Below, in pieces: positions 1-12,500 of a stretch of DNA of 64,000 nucleotides. This stretch comes from Eledone cirrhosa (lineage: Eukaryota): positions 150,474,001 to 150,538,000 of the forward strand of contig OZ024741.1 in NCBI GenBank assembly GCA_964016885.1, given 5' to 3'. The position numbers and the translations under genes are program-made. The notes beneath the pieces were generated by a model. It was not told the DNA's origin and ran no database searches. It saw only the letters and a program-made list of their open reading frames with translations. Position 1 is the first letter of the stretch; every line of letters starts with the position of its first letter.

Positions 1-10
1 AAATAAGAAA

Positions 11-458
11 ACACACACACACAGACAGACACAGACAGACACAGACAGACACACACACACACGCATACACACACACACACACGAACACACATACACATAC
101 ACACTAACACACACAAACACACACACACACACACACACACAAGCAGACACACACACACATACACACACACACACATATACACACACTAACGCACAAACAC
201 ACACACACACACACACACATACACACACGAACACACACACACGAACACACACATACATACACACTAACACACACAAACATACACACACACACACACAGAC
301 AGACACACACACACATACACACACATACACATACACACACACTAACACACACAAACACACACACACACAAACAGACGGACACACACACACACATACACAT
401 ACACACACACTAACACACACATACACACACATACACCCCCCCCACACACACATACACA
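11..458. repeat. Compound (CA)n/(CAGA)n microsatellite
   Basis: Direct reading; the ORF at 104..406 is only its translation. Confidence 0.95.
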
Positions 459-855
459 CTTTCTCTCAGCAATAGTATAATACTGCAAACTTACTTAAAA
501 TGTTTCTAATAAATGTCTTTAAACTTTGAATCCATCTTGTATTCACGGCTACTGCTGCTTCTTCCCCAAACTCAATACTTCTCTTTATCTCTCACTTCTG
601 CTACTACTGCTACTGCACTCACACATTTCTCCACGACCAGTAAAATCGTTATATATATATAAAATCGTTGCGAATAGAAATATATAGGTGGCACTGGAGT
701 AAAAGGCTGACCAAACAAAACAAAATGTTTTCATCCAATATATATATTCATGATATTTCATGTAAACTATACAATCTTATAAATATACCCCCCACACATC
801 TACACACATACCCCCACCCCATATATATAAGCGATGGCATAAGTTGCGACCATCA

Positions 856-940
<85 letters not shown>

Positions 941-1078
941 GTGAGGTTTTTTTTACAAAATGAAAAATAACCGAGGTGTCCTACACGAGTGGAAGTATAA
1001 AGAAAAAGGGATGAAATCGAAAATGCAACTGAAGTCTTATTTTTTTTTTTTTTATTAAAAATATATATTTATTTGGTT

Positions 1079-1116
1079 CCTTTACCGGTTTCGCAGTTCT
1101 TCTGCTTTTCAAAAGG
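1079..1116 (-). ncRNA. Type-I hammerhead ribozyme motif, U3:A8 core (mirror copy)
   Basis: Reverse complement of 1171-1208. Confidence 0.75.
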
Positions 1117-1170
1117 TGAGTTGAGATGGAGGGTCTGTGGTTTTTCTCACAGACCCTCCATCTCAACTCA

Positions 1171-1208
1171 CCTTTTGAAAAGCAGAAGAACTGCGAAACC
1201 GGTAAAGG
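1171..1208 (+). ncRNA. Type-I hammerhead ribozyme motif, U3:A8 core
   Basis: cctt-TTGAAAA-gcag(aagaa)ctgc-GAAA-ccgg-TA-aagg: stem I cctt/aagg, stem II gcag/ctgc, palindromic stem III ACCGGT, GUA triplet. Confidence 0.75.
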
Positions 1209-1295
1209 AACCAAATAAATATATATTTTTAATAAAAAAAAAAAAAAAAAAAAAAAATAAGACTTCAGTTGCATTTTCAGATTTCATCCCTTTTT

Positions 1296-1350
<55 letters not shown>

Positions 1351-1639
1351 CAAATAACGAAACGAAATTAAATTTCGTTTCATTTGTAACTCACTTTTGT
1401 ATGACTGACGCTTAAACAATTAAGTTAAAGATGTACATCCATATATGTATACTGAAATACTAGTATGTATATGAATACACACACGTATACATATGTAGAT
1501 GTACCAAGTTTTTTCACTGGTCACTTTACTGTGAGTGGCCAGCTATTCTGTATGTAAACACACAGACAAACCGGTTTTTAGAGTCATACTGGTTTTTGAG
1601 GAAACACCTTTCCTCTATTCTTCAGAAAGCCAGACAAGG

Positions 1640-1684
1640 AATATTGAACTAGTTTCGTTGTTGTTACAACTCATCAGCAATATT
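1640..1684 (-). ncRNA. Minimal type-I hammerhead (inverted unit)
   Basis: Reverse complement of 2030-2074. Confidence 0.85.
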
Positions 1685-2029
1685 TACCTATCTTCCGGCC
1701 TCTCTAGAGAATCGTAAAAGCACATATCGTTATATGCTTTTTCTATGAAAATTAGTAGTGGGCAGACCAATTTGCATAGAGTGTGAGTAAGTACCGGTTC
1801 AACGGAGACGATAAAAACAAATAACGAAACGAAATTAAATTTCGTTTCATTTGTAACTCACTTTTGTATGACTGACGCTTAAACAATTAAGTTAAAGATG
1901 TACATATAACGATATGTGCTTTTACGATTCTCTAGAGAGGCCGGAAGATAACATATAACAATTAAGTTAAAGATGTACATATAACGATATGTGCTTTTAC
2001 GATTCTCTAGAGAGGCCGGAAGATAGGTA

Positions 2030-2074
2030 AATATTGCTGATGAGTTGTAACAACAACGAAACTAGTTCAATATT
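2030..2074 (+). ncRNA. Minimal type-I hammerhead, unit 1
   Basis: aatattg-CTGATGA-gttg(taacaa)caac-GAAA-cta-GTT-caatatt: 7-bp stem I, palindromic ACTAGT stem III. Confidence 0.88.
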
Positions 2075-2496
2075 CCTTGTCTGGCTTTCTGAAGAATAGA
2101 GGAAAGGTGTTTCCTCAAAAACCAGTATGACTCTAAAAACCGGTTTGTCTGTGTGTTTACATACAGAATAGCTGGCCACTCACAGTAAAGTGACCAGTGA
2201 AAAAACTTGGTACATCTACATATGTATACGTGTGTGTATTCATATACATACTAGTATTTCAGTATACATATATGGATGTACATCTTTAACTTAATTGTTT
2301 AAGCGTCAGTCATACAAAAGTGAGTTACAAATGAAACGAAATTTAATTTCGTTTCGTTATTTGTTTTTATCGTCTCCGTTGAACCGGTACTTACTCACAC
2401 TCTATGCAAATTGGTCTGCCCACTACTAATTTTCATAGAAAAAGCATATAACGATATGTGCTTTTACGATTCTCTAGAGAGGCCGGAAGATAGGTA

Positions 2497-2541
2497 AATA
2501 TTGCTGATGAGTTGTAACAACAACGAAACTAGTTCAATATT
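2497..2541 (+). ncRNA. Minimal type-I hammerhead, unit 2
   Basis: Identical to 2030-2074, +467. Confidence 0.88.
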
Positions 2542-2963
2542 CCTTGTCTGGCTTTCTGAAGAATAGAGGAAAGGTGTTTCCTCAAAAACCAGTATGACTC
2601 TAAAAACCGGTTTGTCTGTGTGTTTACATACAGAATAGCTGGCCACTCACAGTAAAGTGACCAGTGAAAAAACTTGGTACATCTACATATGTATACGTGT
2701 GTGTATTCATATACATACTAGTATTTCAGTATACATATATGGATGTACATCTTTAACTTAATTGTTTAAGCGTCAGTCATACAAAAGTGAGTTACAAATG
2801 AAACGAAATTTAATTTCGTTTCGTTATTTGTTTTTATCGTCTCCGTTGAACCGGTACTTACTCACACTCTATGCAAATTGGTCTGCCCACTACTAATTTT
2901 CATAGAAAAAGCATATAACGATATGTGCTTTTACGATTCTCTAGAGAGGCCGGAAGATAGGTA

Positions 2964-3008
2964 AATATTGCTGATGAGTTGTAACAACAACGAAACTAGT
3001 TCAATATT
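2964..3008 (+). ncRNA. Minimal type-I hammerhead, unit 3
   Basis: Identical to 2030-2074, +934. Confidence 0.88.
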
Positions 3009-3430
3009 CCTTGTCTGGCTTTCTGAAGAATAGAGGAAAGGTGTTTCCTCAAAAACCAGTATGACTCTAAAAACCGGTTTGTCTGTGTGTTTACATACAG
3101 AATAGCTGGCCACTCACAGTAAAGTGACCAGTGAAAAAACTTGGTACATCTACATATGTATACGTGTGTGTATTCATATACATACTAGTATTTCAGTATA
3201 CATATATGGATGTACATCTTTAACTTAATTGTTTAAGCGTCAGTCATACAAAAGTGAGTTACAAATGAAACGAAATTTAATTTCGTTTCGTTATTTGTTT
3301 TTATCGTCTCCGTTGAACCGGTACTTACTCACACTCTATGCAAATTGGTCTGCCCACTACTAATTTTCATAGAAAAAGCATATAACGATATGTGCTTTTA
3401 CGATTCTCTAGAGAGGCCGGAAGATCGGTA

Positions 3431-3475
3431 AATATTGCTGATGAGTTGTAACAACAACGAAACTAGTTCAATATT
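3431..3475 (+). ncRNA. Minimal type-I hammerhead, unit 4
   Basis: Identical to 2030-2074, +1401. Confidence 0.88.
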
Positions 3476-3719
3476 CCTTGTCTGGCTTTCTGAAGAATAG
3501 AGGAAAGGTGTTTCCTCAAAAACCAGTATGACTCTAAAAACCGGTTTGTCTGTGTGTTTACATACAGAATAGCTGGCCACTCACAGTAAAGTGACCAGTG
3601 AAAAAACTTGGTACATCTACATATGTATACGTGTGTGTATTCATATACATACTAGTATTTCAGTATACATATATGGATGTACATCTTTAACTTAATTGTT
3701 TATATATATATATATATAA

Positions 3720-5172
3720 TTATACTTGGGGAGGGTCATATTGTTGTAATAATATTGCCAGAAATAATAACAGAACACATACTGTTTGCTAGGTTTTCGC
3801 TTCTGTATCTTTTATATCTCCACAGTTAATTCATTCGGTCCTCAATGTTTACCATTGACTGACCAACGGTCAAAAATACAGATATAATATAGATATAAAC
3901 ACATATATATAGTCTAACAAAGTTCTTTCGTTGCACATCTGCAACATCATCAGTGGTACTATTATGTTCCTCCTATTGTATTGTATATCTACGCCATTTT
4001 TATTTTATCTGTTTATTTATTTATTTATTTTTGTTTTCTTCTCTGCGCATGCGTTTGCGTGTGTGTATAGTGTTTGGTGTGTGTTCGCGTTTGGGTGACT
4101 GTGTTTTGGTTATTGTATTCTATCTTAGTTTACTAGTGTGTGTTTACATTGGTTTGTTGTTATTGTGCTTGTGTATATATGTATTTATTTATTTATATAT
4201 ATTTCTCTTAAGTCAGTATTGTTTGTTTGGGTGTTGTTATTCCATTCATTTTTACTGTTTAGCCATTTTTTCTGTTTAGCCTTCTAAGCTCTATTTCGCT
4301 TGCCTCTCTGATTTTCCTACCTGCTGGGTCATTTCTATGTTTAGATATTATTTTAATTTCTATGTTGTCTATGTTACCGTCATGTTATCTGGCGTGTTCG
4401 TATAGTACTGAACCGTTTTTTCGTCCTTTTAATTCCCCCCAGTGTTGGTCTATTCTTTCTCCTATGCTACGAGCTGTCTCTCCTATGTATGTTGTTGTCA
4501 TGTTTCTGCAAGTACCCTCTGTACATCTTATGCTATAGACTACGTTTGTAGTTTTACAGTTTATCCGGGGGTTTACTTTACATATAGCACATTTCCTATT
4601 AGTACAGTGTTTTGCTGATCAGGGATTTTATGGTAGTTCCTGGCTTTTCTAGCACTTTAATCTTTAAGTGGGTCTTTTTCATGGTCTTTCTACACTGGTT
4701 AGCTAATTTCCCTCCAGGGGTAGCGTCCACGAACATGACACTCTGGTATCTCTGGTTGTCGTACCATGAAGTGGCTTTCCCTATCTTATGTTTAGTCCTA
4801 TCTAAGCTGTTCCATGATTTGCTCCTGTATAATGGGCAAATTCCTTTCATGTCCAGTTCTATGAGCGTCTTATACTTCTCCGTGGTTCCTTTGTATACTC
4901 TGACTCTGTCTCTTTTGTTGTAGCCAGAGAACTGCATGCGGTTGATGAAGTGTTGGATGTGTCTTTCCATTTCTGTTGAGTCGCACATGCGTACCAAGTC
5001 TGCGATCAGAATATTAAACTTAGCAGTACTGGACATTGCTGAGTTTTTTGAGTATCAAGTATTTGGAGGCCATGGGTTTAGCGTAGTGTGAGTGGAGAAT
5101 TTGGGCCCCCTCGTCTATAGTGTTGATCCAGAGTTCCGTGTCTAATACAGGTAGTATATTATTAGGGTGTTT
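3720..5172 (-). mobile_element. 5'-truncated Penelope-like retroelement (Neptune-like): RT thumb, Cys knuckle, GIY-YIG, 3' pLTR
   Basis: [15 protein letters not shown]; manual translation of ~4600-4259 gives CTNRKCAIC..NCKTTNVVYSIRC..YIGETARSIGERIDQH..KIREASEI..LNRK, with stops and frameshifts. Confidence 0.85.
3915..3958 (-). ncRNA. Hammerhead motif in PLE 3' pLTR
   Basis: tacca-CTGATGA-t-gttgca(gatg)tgcaac-GAAA-gaa-CTT-tgtta; stem I has one mismatch. Confidence 0.65.
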
Positions 5173-5217
5173 ATACATACATACATACATACATACATAC
5201 ATACATACATACATACA

Positions 5218-5246
<29 letters not shown>

Positions 5247-5248
<2 letters not shown>

Positions 5249-8200
5249 TCCATCAGTCAACGCGATCAGTCGCATATTTTGGCGTGGGAAACTATTTATT
5301 AAATTTAAGATGAATACTATCTCCGACAGTAATGCCACAACTACAGCCAGGTTGCATAACTGGTTATTCTTCTAACTATCCCTTCTGAAGACACCTTTTA
5401 TTCGAATTCGTAGAGAAATCCGACTAAATACATAATTCATTTTACAAGGATTTGCTACAAACAGCATGGCTGAACACAACATCAACAACAAAATTAAGGA
5501 AGTATCGAAGACAAATAACAAAGAAGGTAATCAAACTTTATTCAGTTGTAGCTACAGAAGAAACCGAAATTATAAATCGCATTTCTCTTGGATTTGTGAA
5601 CTTAATAATGATTTATTTAATTGTTATAAAATGGCAAAAAACAATCCCTCCATTGGCTATATGAATAGAATGAAGCTACACTGGGACGAAATGCACCCAG
5701 AGCTAAATTATTTCCCAGCGAAACAATTACGCCAACAAGCGACGTTTGTTGAACGTAAAAATAAGATAAATATTATTAATTGTAAGTCCCCCACAACAAA
5801 CATGGAATCAACAACACGTGCTACAGATCGCCATGCTACTAGACTTCCAGGTCGAACAATGCCTTGAAACAACTATGCCTGTAAGAAACTTGACACCACC
5901 TGTACCATCTAAGTCTACCTCGAATGCTGGGGAAAACACTATCGATAATAATAATAATCGAAGAAATAATAATAATAATCGAATAAATGTGACACCACGT
6001 ATACCATCCGAGTCTACCTCGACTGTTGTGGAAAATACTATCGATAATGATAATCAAAAGTATAAACAATTGAAAATTTCCCTCAACGAAATCTTCCAGA
6101 GAGAAATTAACTCATGTATAAATATCTCTCTTGCTGAACGTGTTAAAATGACAATGGTGAATAAAAAACCAAATAATGAAATACTACGTGTTATTGAGGA
6201 AATAGGGGATGAATATTTACGACGGATAAAAACCCCAACATTTTGGCAAATTAACGCCTGTTTATATGCCTTAGCAATGACAGTGAAGCATTATCTTGGT
6301 GATAACAGAGATATATAACTAAAATAGAAAAAAAAGAGTGCTGACCTACGAAAAAACATAGGACATGTGATAATGCTCCTTACATGCAAACAAACACAAA
6401 AAAACCTCACTCCTCACCAACAAAGAGTGAAAAATAAAATAGAGACGATGTTTGGTAACAGTAGAACCAGAACTCTCCAATATAAGCTGATCACCCTCAA
6501 ACAAGAATTGAGAGCTGTTAGCGAAAAACGCCGATACCCGAAGAAGGTAGATGAGAGAAAAATGCTTAATAAAAGATTCAGACGAAACCAAACATCAGTC
6601 TATAGAGATATGAAGGGCAAAATAATAAGTGTCACTGAGGCCACATCCCAGAAAGACATAGATTCCTTTTGGAGAAAAATATGGGGTGAAAAGAAGAATT
6701 TCAACCAAGATGCAGTGTGGCTAAGAGAAATCCGAAAGAACTATTGCTCCTACACTACAACAAAAACATATGAAATAAGTGAGGGTACCCTTGAGACTGT
6801 GATAGGAAAACTCCAAGATAAGAAAACACCAGGAAGAGACATGATTGTCGGCTACTGGTACAAAAAACTAATATTCTATCGGAGGTATCTTACTGACCTC
6901 TACCAAAAAGTTCTTAAGGAAGATACACTTATACCAGAATGGTTGACATTAGCACAAACGTTACTGGTCCCCAAGAACAAAGACACCCACTTGGAAAAAA
7001 AACTACCGACCCATTGCATGCCAGAACCTGATGTATAAGATGTATACAGCCTACCTCAACCTATTCCTCCAAGATCACTGTGAAAATAATAACATCATCA
7101 CAGATGAACAAGCAGCTGGAAAGAAAAGGGTTTGGGGATGTGCTGAACAACTCCTAATCAACAAAACTGCGATGTCGGAGGTGCAACAACTTAGGAGGAA
7201 TATGACTACAGTCTGGCTGGACTACAAGAAAGCTTTCGATTCTGTTCCCCACTCTTGGATGATAGAGGCCCTCCAACTGGCTAAAGTCCCAGACATTATT
7301 GTCAGAGCCATAGAGAGGCTGTCTTCTTCTTGGGCTACTATCCTAAGGTTAAAGACAGAGAGGGAGGACTCTATTTTCACTGATAAAATAAAATATTGCA
7401 GGGGTATATTTCAGGGGGACAGTCTCTCTGTGATATTGTTCATCTTGTCATTAAACCCCTTGTCCTTTCTGCTCAAGAAATGTGAGGGATACATCATTGG
7501 CTCACAGGAGGACAGAAATACGAACCTAACCCATAACTTCTTTGTGGACGATCTGAAACTCTATGCCAAGAACATGGATGGGATGAAGAAAAATCTTGAC
7601 CTGGTTACAACGTTCTCAAAGGATATAGGAATGGAGTTTGGCCAAGATAAATGCTCATACATGACTGTAAAGCGGGGAAAAACAACAACCCAATCTAGCA
7701 ACATTGTCATCAATGGTCTAACTGTTTCACCGATATCTGATGAGGACTGCTACAGATATCTGGGGATAGATGAGAACATATCCTATAATGGTATCTGTAA
7801 TAAAGAACGCGTAACTAGGGAATACTACACCCGATTAAGAAAGATCTGGTCATCGGAACTCTCTGCGCAAAACAAAACAGTGGCTCACAATGTGTTTGCT
7901 GTGCCTGTCCTAACACCAACGTTTGGAATACTCAATTGGACGATAGACGAAATCCGAGCAGTTGATGTTGGAACTCGAAAAATACTGAACAACACCGCCT
8001 TTACTTGAAACGTAAGCAGGGAGGCAGAGGCCTAACATCAGTCCAGCCAACATTTGAATGTCGCATCATATCTCTCCGACATCTTCGAACCTCGAAGCGT
8101 AGGAGCCCGCTTCTCGAGCAAGTCTATCTGCATGAAACAGATAAGATCATGAGAGTTGGGAAGGAACTCCTTGAGAGATATTCCCTGTGTGATAATCAAA

Positions 8201-9311
8201 AACTCACACCCAGGGATGTCGCTCAGCAGTATCGCAGTGAATCCATGGATGAAAAGCTGCATGCCTATCAGCAAAAAATCATGCATGGATATGTTGCCAG
8301 GAAGCTCCAGAGTGAGAGCCATATAGATAAGGAAAGTAGTCTATCTTGGACCAAGAACCGCTATATTGGCTCCCACTTTGAAGGATACGCTTTTGCAATC
8401 CAAGAACAGGAGATTAGCACAAAATACCTGATTCACAAAAGAGATAGGGATGCAGGCAAAACACCTAGATGTGATAACAAGTGCAGACTCTGCAGAACTA
8501 ACATCGAGGATATCACCCATGTCATCAGCAGCTGCCCAAAGATGTCATTGCGGTACTATCTACCTATGAGGCATGATGTAGTGGCCAAAACACTGTACAA
8601 TGCAGTTTGTAAAAAAGATAGCTCCGATAATAAACACATTAAAAGCTACAACAATGTGGAAGACATCCATGTACATAATATGAAAGAGTACTGGTGGAAT
8701 GTTCCAGTAAAAACCCCAATAAAATGCCGGCATAACAGACCAGATATTATGATATAGGACAGGGAGAAGAAAACATGCACAGTAGTGGAAATTAGCTGCC
8801 CAGCAGATGCCAATATAATATCAAAGTTTAGTGAAAAGGAGAATATTTATGCAGAACTGATGAGAAATCTGCAGATACTCCACCCTGATTACACCTTCAG
8901 ATTTATGCCTGTGATTATTGGGGCACTGGGATATGTTAGTAACTGCCTCAATACAAATCTTGAGAAGCTAGGCTTCACAGGAACAGAAAGAACACAACTA
9001 GTTAGGAAATTACAAGTACAATCCATTAATGGAACAGTAAAAATATGTAAAACATTCCAAAAATGTTGCATCTAATAACTGCATATACACATGTACAGAT
9101 ACAAAGCATATACACATGCACACATACAACTCAAAACATACACATCCACACATACAATAACATCCATATCTACACATGCATGCATGCAGACATACATACA
9201 TATCTACCTAGTTGATGTTGTGTAAATTCCAATGAGAGAGTCTTGTGTCTATGTTAGAAACCGACTCTCTCTCTATTGGTAAAACTTTGTGAAATTATAA
9301 AACCAGAAGAA
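5247..9311 (+). mobile_element. Full-length R4/Dong-clade RLE non-LTR retrotransposon, family A, in (TACA)n
   Basis: (TACA)n at 5174-5245 and 9311-9340; single RT-CCHC-RLE polyprotein broken into six ORFs. Confidence 0.92.
5466..9075 (+). pseudogene. Disrupted reverse transcriptase / restriction-like endonuclease polyprotein
   Basis: LDYKKAFDSVPH, GIFQGDSLS, FFVDDLK, YRYLG; CRLC..EDITHVISSC; RHD, NRPDI, EISCP, KENIY; frameshifts and stops. Confidence 0.92.
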
Positions 9312-9360
9312 CATACATACATACATACATACATACATACACACACACACATATATATAT

Positions 9361-9498
9361 ATTAATTTAAAGTATCATAACATATATATATATTGATGTA
9401 AAGTATCATAACATATATAATATGTATGATGAATATGTTTATCAGTAGAAAAACTCAATGTACGTTTGTCCAGATCAACAGTAATTCAAATTATAAGA

Positions 9499-9563
<65 letters not shown>

Positions 9564-9800
9564 AAATAAAAAGCCATATATCATTAGACAACGCATGGAA
9601 TTTTCTACATACATATATATATAAATCATATAATATTGGGGAAAAAGTACATACTTTAAGGTAGAAAAGTTATTATTTTCCTTAAGGCCACTGTTTCATA
9701 GTTCGTAAACAGAAGCGAAAACCAATTATCGATTACCAACTATCGATTTTGGTTGAGTTACGGAAGACTCGAAACTAATCGTCAGCGGAAATCGTCTTTG
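9361..9800. repeat. Interspersed non-coding repeat shared with 34133-34540
   Basis: aatttaaagtatcataacat..tttgtccaga is direct in both; ~9575-9795 matches ~34320-34540 inverted. Confidence 0.6.
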
Positions 9801-9908
9801 GATAAGTTTCAATAAAGTACAAAATACCTCTATATCTGTCGTGTTCCGAGAAGTAGTCAAATCATATCTCGTGGTGTGGAGTACGTTTTAACTATGGCGA
9901 CAGATATA

Positions 9909-9956
<48 letters not shown>

Positions 9957-10849
9957 CATAACATATGTGCACGTGTCAGCATGGCTTCTGACATCGGCAT
10001 AACTAATGTATTACAGTAAATGAAACGCAAAATCAAATATGTCATTGCAAATTCATATCGTTCACGCATCACGAAATAAATTTTTACTTTTAATGATAAA
10101 CGGTTTGGTACACTATATGATTCTTCAATAGAGGCTCTGAAGTATCCGAGAATCAATAACTAAATTGCTTTATTCTGAAATCGGGTACGGGTTTGAATCT
10201 CAACAAAGATGTTCTGTTAGTCTGATTCAATCATATCTCTGCTTATTACTGGTTCATACTCCATCTTTGGTTAATTATTTTGTAGAGAATAAACTTTGCT
10301 ATATCAAATTAAATAAACTACAAGACGAAATATATCGGTACGGGTTCGTATCATTTGCATCTCAAAAATGTAGTTTTCCCTTTCCGCATAGTTGTATATA
10401 TTGATAGACTTATTACGAAAATCACGCACATACACACATACTTACACTTGTAAAAACCACCCTGAATGCGGTATTTCTGCTAGTATATATATATATATTT
10501 ATATATATATATATATATATACACACACAAATGTATGATTTGTAGTTGTCTTATGTTGGCTTCTTGCCAATGATCTGTTTATTGTAATAATACACTATGC
10601 TTAAATATATGTGACGTAGTGGTTTATTTATTATTGTTTTTCAACTCTACACAACTAAATATATCTTGCATATATGTTTGATGTAGGCATACATTTACAG
10701 ACATACATAAAAGCGGATGATATATACATATATACAAAAAAGTGTAAAATACATACATCACATAACAATATCTATTTATCTATCTACACACACGCACAAA
10801 CACACAAAGACAAACATACGCACATTATATTTTTGGACGGTCCCCTTTA

Positions 10850-11135
10850 CGGTCTGAGTTCAAGTCCTGCCGAGGTTAACTTTGCCTTTCATCCTCACGG
10901 GGTCAATAAAATAAAGTACAAGTGACATGCTGGTACTATTTAATCGCCTTCCCCCTCCCCCAAATTACTGGCCTTGTGCCTATATAAGAAATCCTTATTA
11001 ATCGAGAAACTAACCTTTAGAGTCTCGGACAAAATGTTTTGTTCTGGGTTCAATTCCCGCCGTAAACTATGCCGTTTCCCCTTCTGGGTCAATAAAATAA
11101 AGTACTTGTCAAGTACTGGAGCGGATTTAATCGAT
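10850..11135 (+). mobile_element. Two partial tRNA-derived SINE copies
   Basis: gagttcaagtcc B-box-like motif and aactttgcctttcatcct..gggtcaataaaataaagtac body. Confidence 0.75.
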
Positions 11136-11439
11136 TTTCGAAAAAGTTAAGTGTTTTTATTGGCAGCATGACCCTCCCAAATTATTATATATATAAAACT
11201 CGCATCTCATAACAACATTACGGCACAATTATTTTAACTCAACTGGTCCTGCCCTCTTTAACCAAAATACATTAAATCAAAAACAGATCCCATAAAATTC
11301 AAAAATGTCTTTGGACAAATCCCTCCAAGTGAGAGTTAAAAAGGATTTGTATCAGGTTATATTTAATATCTCTCTTTTCGGGTAGTGGCTACACCAACAA
11401 TTTTATTATTTTTATACACATACACCTGGGCGAGATGGC

Positions 11440-11845
11440 TATTGACTTTTTTTTCTATTGAATATGTTGCTTTAGTGTTTATGATGTTAGTATGGATTTT
11501 AGGCCCCTACCACCCGTTTTGCGCGAGAAAATTACAATTGCTGTTAACATTTCCAGTAACACTGAGCAGCTTGCGATTCCTTACATTTATCTCGCTCAGT
11601 TCTTTCAATGATCAGTTCATCAAACCAAATGTTGGTGTTAGTATGAGCACAGCAAAAGTATTATGGGTTATGTGCTTGTATGAGTTCTGATGACAATATC
11701 TTCCTTACTCTCCTGAAGTATTCATTCCTGTTTTTCCCTTATTGATGGCTCCATCATATCTGACATTCTCATCTTGACCAAAGTACCTATAACTGTCAGT
11801 TGGTTGTAAATGTTGTATCGTTAATCCGTTACTTTTTGGGGTTTC
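11440..11845 (-). mobile_element. Old R4/Dong RT fragment related to family B
   Basis: Minus strand reads YFGQDENVRYDGAINK..HNTFAVLILTPTFGL..RKLLSVTGN; short (TATG)n at its 5' end. Confidence 0.75.
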
Positions 11846-11860
11846 TGTATGTATGTATGT

Positions 11861-12410
11861 TCTGGTTTTATAATTTCACAAATTTTTGCCAATAGAGAGA
11901 GAGAGAGTCGGTTTCTAACAAGACTCTCTCATTGGAATTTACACAACATCAACTAGGTAGATATGTCTGCATGTCTGCATGCATGCATGTGTATGCAGGT
12001 ATCGATGTTATTGTATGTATGGATGTGTATGTTTTGAGTTGTATGTGTGCATGTGCATACGCTTTGTATCTGTACATGTGCATATGCAGTTATTAGATGC
12101 AAAATATTTGGAATGTTATACATATTTTTACTGTTCCATTAATGGATTGTGCTTGTAATTTCCTAACTAGTTGTGTTCTTTCTGTTTCTGTGAAGCCTAG
12201 CTTCTCAAGATTTGTATTGAAGCAGTTACTAACATATCCCAGTGCCCCAATAATCACAGGCATAAATCTGAAGGTATCTGTAGATTTCTCATTATATATA
12301 TTCTCCTTTTCGCTAATCTTTGATATTATATGTGCATCTGCTGGGCAGCTAACTTCCACTACTGTGCATGCCTTCTTTCCCCTGCCCCATATCATTATAT
12401 CTGGTCTGTT
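11861..12410 (-). mobile_element. 5'-truncated family-A Dong/R4 copy (RLE C-terminus + 3' UTR)
   Basis: Matches 8735-9311; (TATG)n at both ends. Confidence 0.9.
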
Positions 12411-12500
12411 GTATGTATGTATGTATGTATGTATGTATGTATGTATGTATGTATGTATGTATGTATGTATGTATGTATGTATGCATGCATGTATGTATGT

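Larger units (their letters stand above)
996..1302. mobile_element. Fold-back non-autonomous element between (TA)n tracts; arms 996-1139 and 1148-1302, each with a hammerhead motif
   Basis: Near-perfect inverted repeat around loop 1140-1147; (TA)n at 859-932 and ~1300-1345. Confidence 0.8.
1345..3700 (+). mobile_element. Retrozyme/pLTR-like array: ~1.2 inverted units (1345-~1905), a scrambled junction, then ~3.7 head-to-tail 467-bp units; (TA)n on both sides
   Basis: 467-bp periodicity (identical ORFs end at 1997, 2464, 2931, 3398); units almost identical; one hammerhead per unit. Confidence 0.88.

Noticed and set aside
1535-3580. Five copies of a 60-aa ORF (MASYSVCKH...)
   Set aside because: GTG start, no recognisable motif, antisense to the hammerhead; repeated only because the DNA unit is repeated.
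1345-3700. CRISPR-like or prokaryotic array
   Set aside because: Long identical units with no unique spacers and no cas genes; eukaryotic repeat context.
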